A DNA stretch of 64,000 nucleotides from Candidatus Latescibacterota bacterium (GTDB taxonomy: Bacteria; Latescibacterota; UBA2968). Location of the stretch: the NCBI GenBank assembly GCA_965204375.1, contig OZ241986.1:1856001-1920000 (forward strand), in the 5' to 3' direction. The translations under genes were made by a program, and so were the position numbers. Shown in pieces: positions 9,564 to 19,059 of the stretch (position 1 is its first letter; the number at the start of each line of letters is the position of its first letter). The notes beneath the pieces are model-generated. The model was not told the DNA's origin. It did not search any database and saw only the letters and a list, made by a program, of their open reading frames with translations.

Positions 9564-11006
9564 ATGAACCGACGCGAATTCATCAAACAAACTGCCGTAG
9601 CGACCGTTGCGATGCCATCGCTCCTTCGGGCGCAAACAGATGATCGCCCCAATATTGTATTGTTTTTAGCCGACGATATGACGTGGCGAGACTGTGGCGT
9701 ATATGGCAATGCAGAAGTGCAAACGCCAAATCTGGATCAATTATCGCGTGAAGGCATGCGTTTTGATGGGTGTTTTACCTCCACATCCATTTGCGCGCCC
9801 ACGCGACAGCAGTTGTACACCGGAATGTTTCCGATACGCAATGGCGCGTATCCCCAGGGGGGATTTGTACGTCCGGGTGTCAAGAGCATGGCGCATCATT
9901 TCAAAGCACTGGGATATCGCGTTGGAATCATTGGAAAACAACACTACGGACCGTCTGAATCATTTCCCTTTGAGGTATTAAAAACAACCAGAACCAATGA
10001 ATTGCTGGACGCCGATGCGTCAATCAGTGCTATTCAAGCCTTTATTGATCGGGAACCGGGTCAACCCTATTGTCTGGTGGTCGCATCTCGCAATCCCCAC
10101 CTGCCATATACAAAAGGCCCGCAGGACATGTACGATCCAGATAAAGTGACGATTCCACCGTATCTAATCGACACCTCTGAAACGCGAAAACGATTGGCGG
10201 CGTACTATGCCGAAATTACCGCGCTGGACGCCGAGTTGGGTCGGTGTTTGCAAGTCATATCAGATAACACACTCGTGGTTTTCTCCACCGAACAGGGATC
10301 GGCATTCCCCTATGGCGGCAAATGGACGTGTTATGAAAACGGGTTGCACACCGGGTTAATCATGCGCTGGCCTGGCAAAATTGAGGCGGGTTCTTCCTGC
10401 GATGCCCTCGTGCAATATGTGGATATTTTGCCAACGCTCCTACAAGTTGCAGGCGGCGATCCCACACAAATCGATACGGGCAGAGCAGGCGCGCCAGACG
10501 GGGGTTCAGGATTTGACGGGAAAAGTTTTTGGCATCTCGTCGCGGAAAATGGCAATCGCCACCGGGATTACGTATATGGCGCTTATACAAATCGCGGGGT
10601 TCGAGACGGGACAGATTACCCGATACGCTCGGTGCGCTCCAACAGATACAAATACATCGCAAATCTCAATCACGAAGGTGTGTTTCAATGCAATGTGACG
10701 CGATTTATGGACGAAATGGGATGGGCAGAAGCCGCTGAAAAAAATCCAGCACTCGCGCCCCGGGTACACGCCTTGAGACATCGTCCGGCAGTGGAATTTT
10801 ACGACCTGGAAAACGATCCCTACGAGTTGAAAAACCTGTCTGGAGACGCCCAATACGCAGGTATCATGAAAGAGATGCGGACAGAACTCGATGCGTGGAT
10901 GGCGCAGCAAAATGACCGCGGAATGGAGACAGAATTGGAAGCGTATGCCCACGTAAATCCAGCATCGGCAAAGTACAAGCAATATCGTGAATCTCAAAAT
11001 AAATAA
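9564..11006 (+). CDS. Cys-type formylglycine sulfatase (N-sulfoglucosamine sulfohydrolase-like), Tat-exported
   Basis: NRREFIK Tat signal; RPNIVLFLADD; CAPTR (CxPxR) then LYTG; GKQH; EFYDLENDPYELKNL. Confidence 0.92.
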   Translation: MNRREFIKQTAVATVAMPSLLRAQTDDRPNIVLFLADDMTWRDCGVYGNAEVQTPNLDQLSREGMRFDGCFTSTSICAPTRQQLYTGMFPIRNGAYPQGGFVRPGVKSMAHHFKALGYRVGIIGKQHYGPSESFPFEVLKTTRTNELLDADASISAIQAFIDREPGQPYCLVVASRNPHLPYTKGPQDMYDPDKVTIPPYLIDTSETRKRLAAYYAEITALDAELGRCLQVISDNTLVVFSTEQGSAFPYGGKWTCYENGLHTGLIMRWPGKIEAGSSCDALVQYVDILPTLLQVAGGDPTQIDTGRAGAPDGGSGFDGKSFWHLVAENGNRHRDYVYGAYTNRGVRDGTDYPIRSVRSNRYKYIANLNHEGVFQCNVTRFMDEMGWAEAAEKNPALAPRVHALRHRPAVEFYDLENDPYELKNLSGDAQYAGIMKEMRTELDAWMAQQNDRGMETELEAYAHVNPASAKYKQYRESQNK

Positions 11007-11022
11007 AAGACAGGAGAATTTT

Positions 11023-12459
11023 GTGTCCACGAGTAAAACAGATCAAAAAACAGCACCCTGGGGCGAGGGCGAACCTATTGGACGTGAGTATCCGTCGATA
11101 CCACTGCTCGAAAAAATCGCTTATGGCGTCGGTGTCTTGCCGATGAATACAAGTGTCAATTCGATCAAAAAGCTCTCAGGTCCCATTTTTAATATTACGC
11201 TGGGCCTGCATCCATTTCGCGTGGGCAATGTATTGTTGGCAGCGCGAATCTGGGATGCGATTACCGATCCCTTTATGGGATGGCTATCGGACAACACAAA
11301 ATCGCGCTGGGGAAGGCGCAGACCCTATCTCTTCCTGGGCGCGATTTTGACGGCTATTGGATACGCACTCATTTTGAACGTGCCCAAAGGCCTGAGTCAA
11401 GATGCACTGTATGCGTATTTTATGTTTGCCAGTCTGGGCCTCTATACCTGCGTCACCATTTTGCAAGTATCCTACAACAGCCTGGGATTTGAACTGAGCC
11501 ACAACTATCACGAGCGGACAAATATCTTTGCATACCGCTCTTTTTTTCAGCAGATCAGCAACATTCTCGTAAGTGCTCTCTTCTATTTTTGTACGCTCGA
11601 TATTTTTGGTGACACCATGACGGGAGCCAAATATGTCGGCATTGGCGTTGGCCTGGTCATCTTTTTATTTTTGTTACCCACTGTTTTTTTTGTGCGCGAA
11701 GGCCACGCAGAACAGGCGGCCAAACAGGAAAAAATGCCCGTATGGTGGGCGATTAAAACAACCCTGAAGACCAAACCATTTCTCATCCTGAGTAGCCTGA
11801 CGGTCGTAACCATTTTTGGTGGCAATTTCACCCTGGCATTGGGACCTTATGTCAACATCTATCACGTTGCTCAGGGCGATGTAAAATTCGGAGCCGAGAT
11901 ACAGGCGTACGCGGTTGCTATTGGAACCATTATATCCTTCGCCGCCATTCCCGTATTGACCTATTTATCCTCCCGAATCGGAAAGATCAAAACCCTTGGG
12001 ATTTCAATCTCCTCCCTTCTCCTCGGTTCTATTTTGAAGTGGTTTTGCTATACGCCAGCAATGCCCTATTTGCAACTCATCGTACAGCCTTTTGTCCGCA
12101 TCGGCGAAATGGGCTTCTGGCTCATTATTACGTCGATGAAAGCCGATATCTGCGATTGGGACGAATGGAAAACCGGCTTTCGGCGCGAAGGCATGTACGG
12201 CGCGGCAACGGGCTGGTTTCAAAAAGTGACACAGGCGACCACATTCGCGCTCGGACAGGGATATATTCTGGCAATCATTGGATTTGACGCTACAAAGGGT
12301 GTGGCACAAGATCCGGGTGTCATGTTCTGGATGCGTTTTCTCTTTGCCGTATTGCCCGCAATCCTGGCCGTGGCGGGATTGATCTTGTTGAAATTTTATG
12401 AAATCGACGACGAAAAGGCCAAAGAGATTAAGGCAGATTTGGATAAACGAAATAAGTAA
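11023..12459 (+). CDS. MFS glycoside-pentoside-hexuronide (GPH):cation symporter
   Basis: ARIWDAITDPFMGWLSDNTKSRWGRRRPY and RREGMY motifs. GTG start at 11023 chosen from AGGAG at 11012-11016. Confidence 0.9.
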   Translation: MSTSKTDQKTAPWGEGEPIGREYPSIPLLEKIAYGVGVLPMNTSVNSIKKLSGPIFNITLGLHPFRVGNVLLAARIWDAITDPFMGWLSDNTKSRWGRRRPYLFLGAILTAIGYALILNVPKGLSQDALYAYFMFASLGLYTCVTILQVSYNSLGFELSHNYHERTNIFAYRSFFQQISNILVSALFYFCTLDIFGDTMTGAKYVGIGVGLVIFLFLLPTVFFVREGHAEQAAKQEKMPVWWAIKTTLKTKPFLILSSLTVVTIFGGNFTLALGPYVNIYHVAQGDVKFGAEIQAYAVAIGTIISFAAIPVLTYLSSRIGKIKTLGISISSLLLGSILKWFCYTPAMPYLQLIVQPFVRIGEMGFWLIITSMKADICDWDEWKTGFRREGMYGAATGWFQKVTQATTFALGQGYILAIIGFDATKGVAQDPGVMFWMRFLFAVLPAILAVAGLILLKFYEIDDEKAKEIKADLDKRNK

Positions 12460-12468
12460 GTGAAAATC

Positions 12469-14427
12469 ATGGCAGAGCGATTCAAACAAATCTCGGAAAC
12501 AACACCCGTGCGGGCGGTGACAACGCGATCGGTAATTGCATCGATAGTGGTGATTACTACAAGCGTGCTGTGGAATGAGTGGATGCCGTACTACACGTCG
12601 GGATCGAACATCAGCCGCAGCCATTTCCCCATGGCGTTTTTCTTTCCGTTTTTGATAGCCTGTACACTCAATCTGGCATTGAATCACTTGCGGGCGGGAT
12701 GGGGGCTTTCGCGGTCGGAACTGCTGGTGGTTCTGGGATCGGGCTTTGTGGGGATCGCGCTGGCTTACGACGGGTTGACCGGACACTTCTTCGGCGTTCT
12801 GGCAGCCCCTTATTATTTTTCATCCGTGGAAAACGGATGGGGTTTTATACACGACACCATCCCCGCATGGCTCGCACCCTCGAATGCCACGGGTGAAATG
12901 ACGCGATTTTTTGAAGGCGGGGGCGGGTCCCCTCCGTGGCGCGTGTGGGCGGTACCCATTTTCTGGTGGATGTGCTTTTTCGGCGCAATGGGCTTTGGGG
13001 TATTTTGCCTGGTCGTAATTTTGCGAAAGCAATGGGTGGATTACGAGCGCCTGGCATATCCACTTGTCGAAGTCGCACAATCTCTTGCAGAGACAGAAAA
13101 GGGCGGCGGATTGGAAAAAACCTTTCGCTCTCCCCTATTCTGGATCGCATTTTCCCTGGTCATGCTCTTGAAATTGTGGAATATCGCGTCTTATTTTACC
13201 CCGGCATTTCCGCATATAGACATTGAAGAAACACTGTGGCAACCGATTCCAGATTTTCCCTGGATGGTAAACCGCCTGAGTTTCTACGCCATTGGATTCG
13301 GGTATTTCGCGCGCCTGGATGTGCTGTTCAGCGTGTGGTTCTTCATTATTTTGACGGCGTTTCAGGTATATGTATTCAATATATTCGGGTATCAAATCGG
13401 TGCTGCAACCCGGCACTGGACGAGCGATGCCCTGGGCTGGCAAAGCATTGGTGCCTTGATCTTTTTATCTGCCTGGGGATTATGGATGGCGCGCGCACAT
13501 TTGAAAGCCGTGGTGCGAAAAGCCCTGTATCCCAATTGCGAGGTGGATGATAGCGGCGAGTTATTGTCCTATCGCATGGCGGTGTTCGGCTTATTGGGAG
13601 CATTCGCATTTGTCTCGGCGTGGCTATATACGGCGGGCATGCCCTTGTGGGTGGTATTCTCCTTTCTCATTTTGGCGATGCTGCTATTCCTGGGCCTTGC
13701 CCGCGCCATCGCAGAATTGGGCCTGGTCTATGTGTATTATCGCATTCAGCCTCACGATGCCGTGGTACAGGCATTTGGTTCGAGTATGGTCGGGCTTTCC
13801 GGTGTGGTGGTCCTCGGGTTTATGCATGTGTTTAATCAGTGGCCCGATATTGGCAAGGGATTTTTGATGCCGCCGTTCACGCAAGCGGTAAAAGCGGTAG
13901 ATAAGGTCGTCAGCCCGCGGCGAATTACAGCGGTACTGTGGCTGGCACTGGCACTGGGCTTCACCATCTCAATAGTGGATACGCTGTATTTGAGTTATGA
14001 ATACGGAGCCTATAATTTGGGCAATATGGGGATGAAGAAGACGGGACCTGTGGCGTTTGATTTTGTGATCACGGAAATTCGGAATCCCATGGCGCCCGGC
14101 GGCAATGGCAGGGTCATGTGGGCATTTATCGGGATGGGACTGATGGCGATTTTGACGACCATTCGCTACTGGGTGCCGTGGTGGCCCCTGCACCCGATTG
14201 GCCTGGCTATGCAGGGGAACTACGGCGTGAGCAAGACCGTATTTTCGATTTTTATTGTCTGGTCAATCAAAGCGGTGGTCATGAAAATGGGCGGCGTGCA
14301 ATTGTACGAAAGGGGAAAGCCGTTTTTCATCGGCCTGCTGGCAGCACAGGCGGTGAGCACGGGCCTGGTCTTTATCATAGATTGGTTCTGGTTCCCCCTG
14401 CAAGGGCATAATGTGCACAATTTTTAG
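12469..14427 (+). CDS. Polytopic membrane protein, DUF6785/DUF6784-type (putative transporter), copy 2
   Basis: Close paralog of 6543-8513 (shared WNEWMPYYTSGSNISRSHFP and WFPLQGHNVHNF end). Start is ATG 12469 or GTG 12460. Confidence 0.7.
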   Translation: MAERFKQISETTPVRAVTTRSVIASIVVITTSVLWNEWMPYYTSGSNISRSHFPMAFFFPFLIACTLNLALNHLRAGWGLSRSELLVVLGSGFVGIALAYDGLTGHFFGVLAAPYYFSSVENGWGFIHDTIPAWLAPSNATGEMTRFFEGGGGSPPWRVWAVPIFWWMCFFGAMGFGVFCLVVILRKQWVDYERLAYPLVEVAQSLAETEKGGGLEKTFRSPLFWIAFSLVMLLKLWNIASYFTPAFPHIDIEETLWQPIPDFPWMVNRLSFYAIGFGYFARLDVLFSVWFFIILTAFQVYVFNIFGYQIGAATRHWTSDALGWQSIGALIFLSAWGLWMARAHLKAVVRKALYPNCEVDDSGELLSYRMAVFGLLGAFAFVSAWLYTAGMPLWVVFSFLILAMLLFLGLARAIAELGLVYVYYRIQPHDAVVQAFGSSMVGLSGVVVLGFMHVFNQWPDIGKGFLMPPFTQAVKAVDKVVSPRRITAVLWLALALGFTISIVDTLYLSYEYGAYNLGNMGMKKTGPVAFDFVITEIRNPMAPGGNGRVMWAFIGMGLMAILTTIRYWVPWWPLHPIGLAMQGNYGVSKTVFSIFIVWSIKAVVMKMGGVQLYERGKPFFIGLLAAQAVSTGLVFIIDWFWFPLQGHNVHNF

Positions 14428-14443
14428 AGAATGCCCATACGCC

Positions 14444-16966
14444 CTATAGCCACTCGTCCATCCCCGCGTCTTGCAGAGCACCCAACAAATGGGGCACGCC
14501 AAAAAACAGCAGGCTCAAGTACATCGGACTCAGTCCCACTGCGCCGCGCCTTTTGGGATCGTCGCTCCAATCCTGTGATTCGGCCAGGCGGCGCAGCAGT
14601 TGCCGGCCCACCTCCAAATAGCCTCGCTCGCCTGTCAGCCTGTACGCATAGCTCAAGTGGCGACACAGCACCCCACCATAGCGCTGCTTCCATGCCATTT
14701 CGGGATCGAAAACACCAGGCCCACCGCAAAACCAATCCACGGCCCGCAGATAGCATTCGGCCACATCGGTCCGGTCGGTCAGTCGGTGCAGCAATTCGAG
14801 GCCAATCATTAAATAGTGGGTCTGATAGCCCTTTTGATCGGCGTAGGACAGCACGTGTTTGCCCGCGGCAGAAGCCCCGCCCAGAGCCTCGTGCTCAGCC
14901 GGAGTAAAAGGTGCTGCGGTGCCCATCTCCACAGCCAGGGTCGTGCCTTCGGTGGCCATGCCGTAGGGCGCCTGGTCGGGCAGCCGATCGGGGGTGGAAA
15001 CCTGAAAGCGCTTGTGCCAGCTGCCGTCGTCGTTCTGACCCCGGGCGATGACCTGAAAAATTTCTTCGGCGCGCTGTTTGAAACGCGCTTTGCCCGTTAG
15101 TTCCCACAAATACAGCAGACCGCGCAAAGTGTTGGCAATGCTGCGCAAACTAAAGGAGAAACGGGGATCTTCGCTCCAGCGATAGCGCAGGAAAAATTCG
15201 CCAGCTTCCCCGAGCACCTCCAATGTCCGGTGGTCGCCCGTCAAGTAGTAATAATCGATCCAGTTGTCGATAAAGGTGTGCGAAGCACAAGGCTCGTCGC
15301 CAAAGTGGTCGATGCTGTGTCGGAAACAACCACCGACCCGATACGGCCTGAGCGGGTGGTAGTGGCAGGTATCGACATCCATCGAGTGCCGGGTCATGGC
15401 CTCACCGAGACGGAACCAACGCCCTGCCCCGCTGCGCAAATACTGGATCCACACCCCGTGGCGCGGGTCCCACTCGCTGTTGCACCAGCCCCACCGGCCC
15501 CGGAAGCGCCAGTCCCCGGTCGATTCCTCCCAGGCCACGAGCACATCACCCCAGTCAAAAAAACCGCGCCAACGGTTGACTTCAATGCTGCGCGCCATCC
15601 ACTCGAGGAAGCCGTCGAGCATGCGCTCGGAGTGCGGAAAGGCATCTGCCGCGCGGACCGCAAAGCCGCCTGTGACCTGGCAGTGGGCCATCCAGCCGGG
15701 ATCAACCGCGACGTGTGGCCAATCGAGCAAAGCCGTCAGCCGTTGGGGAGCTTCTTCGCTGGTATTGCGCTGGAAGTAATCGATGAAAAATTCCGAGGTT
15801 TTGGCCGTGCCCAGGCCATCGCTGTACACGCCTTCTCCCTCGTGCCAGGCCACTTCCTCGGCATAGCGTTTGAAATGCAGTCGCCCGCCGTCCGGATCTT
15901 TCCACAAAAACACATCGATTCCCCCTCGATCCACGCCCAGCGCTTTGGGGTATTCCTCGGCCATATAGCGCAACGCCACCCCCACTCCGGCTTCCTCACT
16001 CTCCAACACGGCCCACCCACCGGCCCGTTCGCCTTCTGCTATCCTCTCTGAGCACCCGCCGCGCCGCCGATCCAGGCAGAAGTGGCGATCCTGGCGCTGA
16101 GCCAAAAGCAAGCCTTCGCCCTGACCCAGAATGCCTTCCATCCATCGATTCCCACCTACCCGATAGCGTCGTTTTCCCGCCCAATCCACCGGGATTCGCA
16201 CCGCCAGTTCCCGCAATTCGGTCTGCCCTGGATCGCAGGCCACCACGACGGTGTGCAGGACCCGCAAAAAGGCGTGACCAGCAAAGGCGTATATCCGCGT
16301 CACAAAACGAAAGGGTTGATAGCCGACGTAGTGGTGCATGGGCGCCTCGGATTCCAGGGCGCCTTCGCAGCGAATCACCGCCCGCAGAGGCCCGGATTCT
16401 TCCACCTGGACCCGGTATGCGCTTTCCCCCAGCGATGCCCGGCACATCCCACCCATGCCGTAAATCCGTCGCTGGGTCTCCCCGCTCTCAAAAGCCTCGC
16501 AAATATCGGCCCAACTGTCGCCGCCTTGCGAACTCACAGCGATTTCTTCGACAAAGCCATCGGCCTCCTGCCGTCCCAATGATACCGCGTGTACCAGGCC
16601 ATATCGCTGCCGGCTCACGGCAAAGCGCAGGGGGCCGGTACACACGACAATGCGCTCGTCGCTCTCGCTTATTTGCAGCCGATTCGCCGGAGCAGCACGA
16701 GGGGCTTCGCCGGCATAACACAAGTGGTAAACCGCCGATCCGACCATGTCGGCTTGAAAATCGATCAGGACCCACTTGATACTGCCGTCGGGCCAATGGC
16801 TCAGTGGACGACTTTGCAGGATTATACCCCGTCCCTGAGCATCCTCCAACCACAAATCGGCGCATTCGGCTACAGCCCCTTGTGGCAGGGGTACGCCCCG
16901 GGTCACAGGCCACGCACGGCGTTCGATCCCGCTCTCTTCCTGGACAGTCAATGTTAGACGTTGCAT
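14444..16966 (-). CDS. Exo-rhamnogalacturonan lyase PL26/YetA(PcRGLX)-like protein with N-terminal RIFT-barrel-like domain
   Basis: N-terminal PVTRGVPLPQG...WPDGSIKW; C-terminal WRGFFDWGD...WCNSE...YLRSG...EAMTRH.MDVD; GGAGGGAG RBS before ATG 16966. Confidence 0.7.
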   Translation of the reverse strand: MQRLTLTVQEESGIERRAWPVTRGVPLPQGAVAECADLWLEDAQGRGIILQSRPLSHWPDGSIKWVLIDFQADMVGSAVYHLCYAGEAPRAAPANRLQISESDERIVVCTGPLRFAVSRQRYGLVHAVSLGRQEADGFVEEIAVSSQGGDSWADICEAFESGETQRRIYGMGGMCRASLGESAYRVQVEESGPLRAVIRCEGALESEAPMHHYVGYQPFRFVTRIYAFAGHAFLRVLHTVVVACDPGQTELRELAVRIPVDWAGKRRYRVGGNRWMEGILGQGEGLLLAQRQDRHFCLDRRRGGCSERIAEGERAGGWAVLESEEAGVGVALRYMAEEYPKALGVDRGGIDVFLWKDPDGGRLHFKRYAEEVAWHEGEGVYSDGLGTAKTSEFFIDYFQRNTSEEAPQRLTALLDWPHVAVDPGWMAHCQVTGGFAVRAADAFPHSERMLDGFLEWMARSIEVNRWRGFFDWGDVLVAWEESTGDWRFRGRWGWCNSEWDPRHGVWIQYLRSGAGRWFRLGEAMTRHSMDVDTCHYHPLRPYRVGGCFRHSIDHFGDEPCASHTFIDNWIDYYYLTGDHRTLEVLGEAGEFFLRYRWSEDPRFSFSLRSIANTLRGLLYLWELTGKARFKQRAEEIFQVIARGQNDDGSWHKRFQVSTPDRLPDQAPYGMATEGTTLAVEMGTAAPFTPAEHEALGGASAAGKHVLSYADQKGYQTHYLMIGLELLHRLTDRTDVAECYLRAVDWFCGGPGVFDPEMAWKQRYGGVLCRHLSYAYRLTGERGYLEVGRQLLRRLAESQDWSDDPKRRGAVGLSPMYLSLLFFGVPHLLGALQDAGMDEWL

Positions 16967-17084
16967 ATCTCCCTCCGCTCGTGAACACACCGGGTATTTT
17001 AAAACAGCTACTTAAAAAAAGCCAACATTTTACGCACTGCATTTGGGCAAGTTGGCAATGCACAAACACAAATCTTTCTTGTAC

Positions 17085-17113
17085 TTGACTCATAGCCTAA
17101 AAGCTGGTATTGT
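17085..17113 (+). promoter_or_regulatory. Sigma70-type promoter for cyoE
   Basis: TTGACT-17 nt-TATTGT with an extended -10 TGn. Confidence 0.6.
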
Positions 17114-17171
17114 TATGACTTCGAAAAATAAGTGGTGCTTTTGCTCAAACCCTTTTTTAAAAATACCCTTT

Positions 17172-18053
17172 ATGAACGCCGAACTGGTACAGGCGAAAAC
17201 ATTTGTAAATGACTTATTTGTTTTAATCAAATTTCGGATTGGACTAATGGTCGTGTTCAGCACTTCTGTGGGATATGTGCTCGGCATGGGATACAGTCCC
17301 GATCCGATTCACATCTTCCATGTGCTATTCGCCACTTTTTTGACCACTTCTGGCACAGGTATTTTAAACCAGTTTATGGAGCGCGAGCGCGATGCGAGAA
17401 TGGGGCGCACCGCTGATCGACCACTCCCTGCAGGACGCATTGCGCCAGAACTGGCCTTTTGCTTCGGTTTGATTTTGAGTGGTATGGGCATTGTCTATTT
17501 GGGGGTGCTGGTCAACTATTTGACCGCGCTGGTGGGCTTATTAACCGTGGTGGTATATTTGCTTCTCTATACGCCCTTAAAGCCCAAAACGCCGCACAAT
17601 ACAGCGATTGGAGCCATCGCAGGCGCATTGCCGCCAGTGGGAGGATGGACCGCAGCAACAGGTGTTTTAAGTGGCGAAGCACTGGCCTTGTTTGGCATTT
17701 TGTTTTTGTGGCAATTCCCCCATTTTTTGTCCATAGCTTGGCTTTATCGAGAAGATTATGCACGCGGTGGGTTTCGCATGCTGCCCATAGAAGACCCGCA
17801 AGGCCATAGAACCGCCCATCAGGTGGTACTTTATACCCTGGTCTTGTTGTCGTGCAGCCTGATGCCAGCGCTACTGGGTATGGCTGGTGTCGCGTATTTC
17901 GGCGTTGCCGTGTTGCTCGGCCTGGGCTTGTTGTACGCCAGTTTGACCTTCGCGCAGTCGCGCACGGATGTATTAGCACGCCGCCTGATGCGAGCAACGC
18001 TCATATATCTGCCCGTATTGTGGACAGTGATGATGTTGGACAAAATTACGTGA
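17172..18053 (+). CDS. cyoE: Heme O synthase (protoheme IX farnesyltransferase)
   Basis: LNQFMERERDARMGRTADRPLPAG, YTPLK, GALPP, WQFPHF, REDYARGG motifs. Start uncertain; ATG 17172 chosen. Confidence 0.93.
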   Translation: MNAELVQAKTFVNDLFVLIKFRIGLMVVFSTSVGYVLGMGYSPDPIHIFHVLFATFLTTSGTGILNQFMERERDARMGRTADRPLPAGRIAPELAFCFGLILSGMGIVYLGVLVNYLTALVGLLTVVVYLLLYTPLKPKTPHNTAIGAIAGALPPVGGWTAATGVLSGEALALFGILFLWQFPHFLSIAWLYREDYARGGFRMLPIEDPQGHRTAHQVVLYTLVLLSCSLMPALLGMAGVAYFGVAVLLGLGLLYASLTFAQSRTDVLARRLMRATLIYLPVLWTVMMLDKIT

Positions 18054-18085
18054 GACAAGTGTGCATCCGATTTGGAAGATACAGG

Positions 18086-18115
18086 AGGTGATAGGCTGAC
18101 CTATCACCTTTCTTT
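18086..18115 (+). terminator. Terminator-like hairpin between cyoE and the ABC genes
   Basis: Perfect 10-bp stem AGGTGATAGG-CTGA-CCTATCACCT followed by TTCTTT. Confidence 0.6.
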
Positions 18116-18135
18116 GTATATGCAGGAGCAGTCAA

Positions 18136-19059
18136 TTGCAAGTAGCAATAAATGTCGAAAATGTGAGCCACAAATTTGGCGAGCGCGTGGCATTAGACAG
18201 TATCACATTACAGGTGATGGCCGGAGAGATGTACGGCCTGTTGGGGCCAAATGGCGGCGGGAAGACCACCCTATTTCGCATGTTGTGTACTATGCTGCCT
18301 CCCGATCACGGCACGATTCGCCTGTTGGGCAAAAACGCCACTGCCAGTACTGTGCGCACACGCATCGGAGTGGTATTTCAGCACCCCAGCTTAGATGCGC
18401 GTTTGACTGTATTGGAGAATTTACGCCATCAAGGCCATCTCTATGGCTTGAAAGGTCGCTTGCTCTTCCAACGCATTGAAGAAGTCCTCGACATGATGAC
18501 CCTCACAGATCGCGCAAAAGATCGAGTCGAAGTACTATCCGGCGGATTACAGCGGCGCGTTGAACTGTGCAAAAGTTTGTTGCACCGCCCCGAAATATTG
18601 ATCTTTGATGAACCCTGCACAGGGCTTGATCCCGGTGCGCGTCGGAGGTTTTGGGACGATCTGGATATTTTGCGGCAGACCTATGGCACGACACTGATAT
18701 TGACGACCCATTTTATAGAAGAAGCCGAGCGTTGTGACCGCATTGGCATTTTAGATCGCGGACGGCTAATTGCCGAAGGCACGCCCGAGGCATTGAAGCG
18801 TACAGTCGGTTGTGAAGTAATTACCCTTGAGACACGCGACTCCAAAAGCCTGCAATTACAAATCGAAAAAATTGTGGGCCGCGATGTCCAGATAATTGAC
18901 GGGCAGGTGCGTATTGCCTGCGATAACGGGCAAAGGCTGTTGGCACAGTTGTATCCCCTTCTACGAGAGGAGGTTCACGCCCTGACCTTAAGCGAGCCTA
19001 CACTTGAGGATGTTTTTGTGCAGCGAACAGGACACGGATTTCACGTGGAGGATCAGTAG
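18136..19059 (+). CDS. ABC-2 type exporter ATP-binding subunit (DrrA-like)
   Basis: Walker A GPNGGGKT, LSGG signature, Walker B IFDEP, LTTH; TTG start after AGGAG. Confidence 0.92.
   Translation: MQVAINVENVSHKFGERVALDSITLQVMAGEMYGLLGPNGGGKTTLFRMLCTMLPPDHGTIRLLGKNATASTVRTRIGVVFQHPSLDARLTVLENLRHQGHLYGLKGRLLFQRIEEVLDMMTLTDRAKDRVEVLSGGLQRRVELCKSLLHRPEILIFDEPCTGLDPGARRRFWDDLDILRQTYGTTLILTTHFIEEAERCDRIGILDRGRLIAEGTPEALKRTVGCEVITLETRDSKSLQLQIEKIVGRDVQIIDGQVRIACDNGQRLLAQLYPLLREEVHALTLSEPTLEDVFVQRTGHGFHVEDQ

Noticed and set aside
16992-17168. GGGTATTTT / AAAATACCC inverted repeat bracketing the divergent promoter region (possible invertible promoter)
   Set aside because: Only 9 bp exact in AT-rich DNA and no recombinase in the window. 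It would need reads in both orientations.
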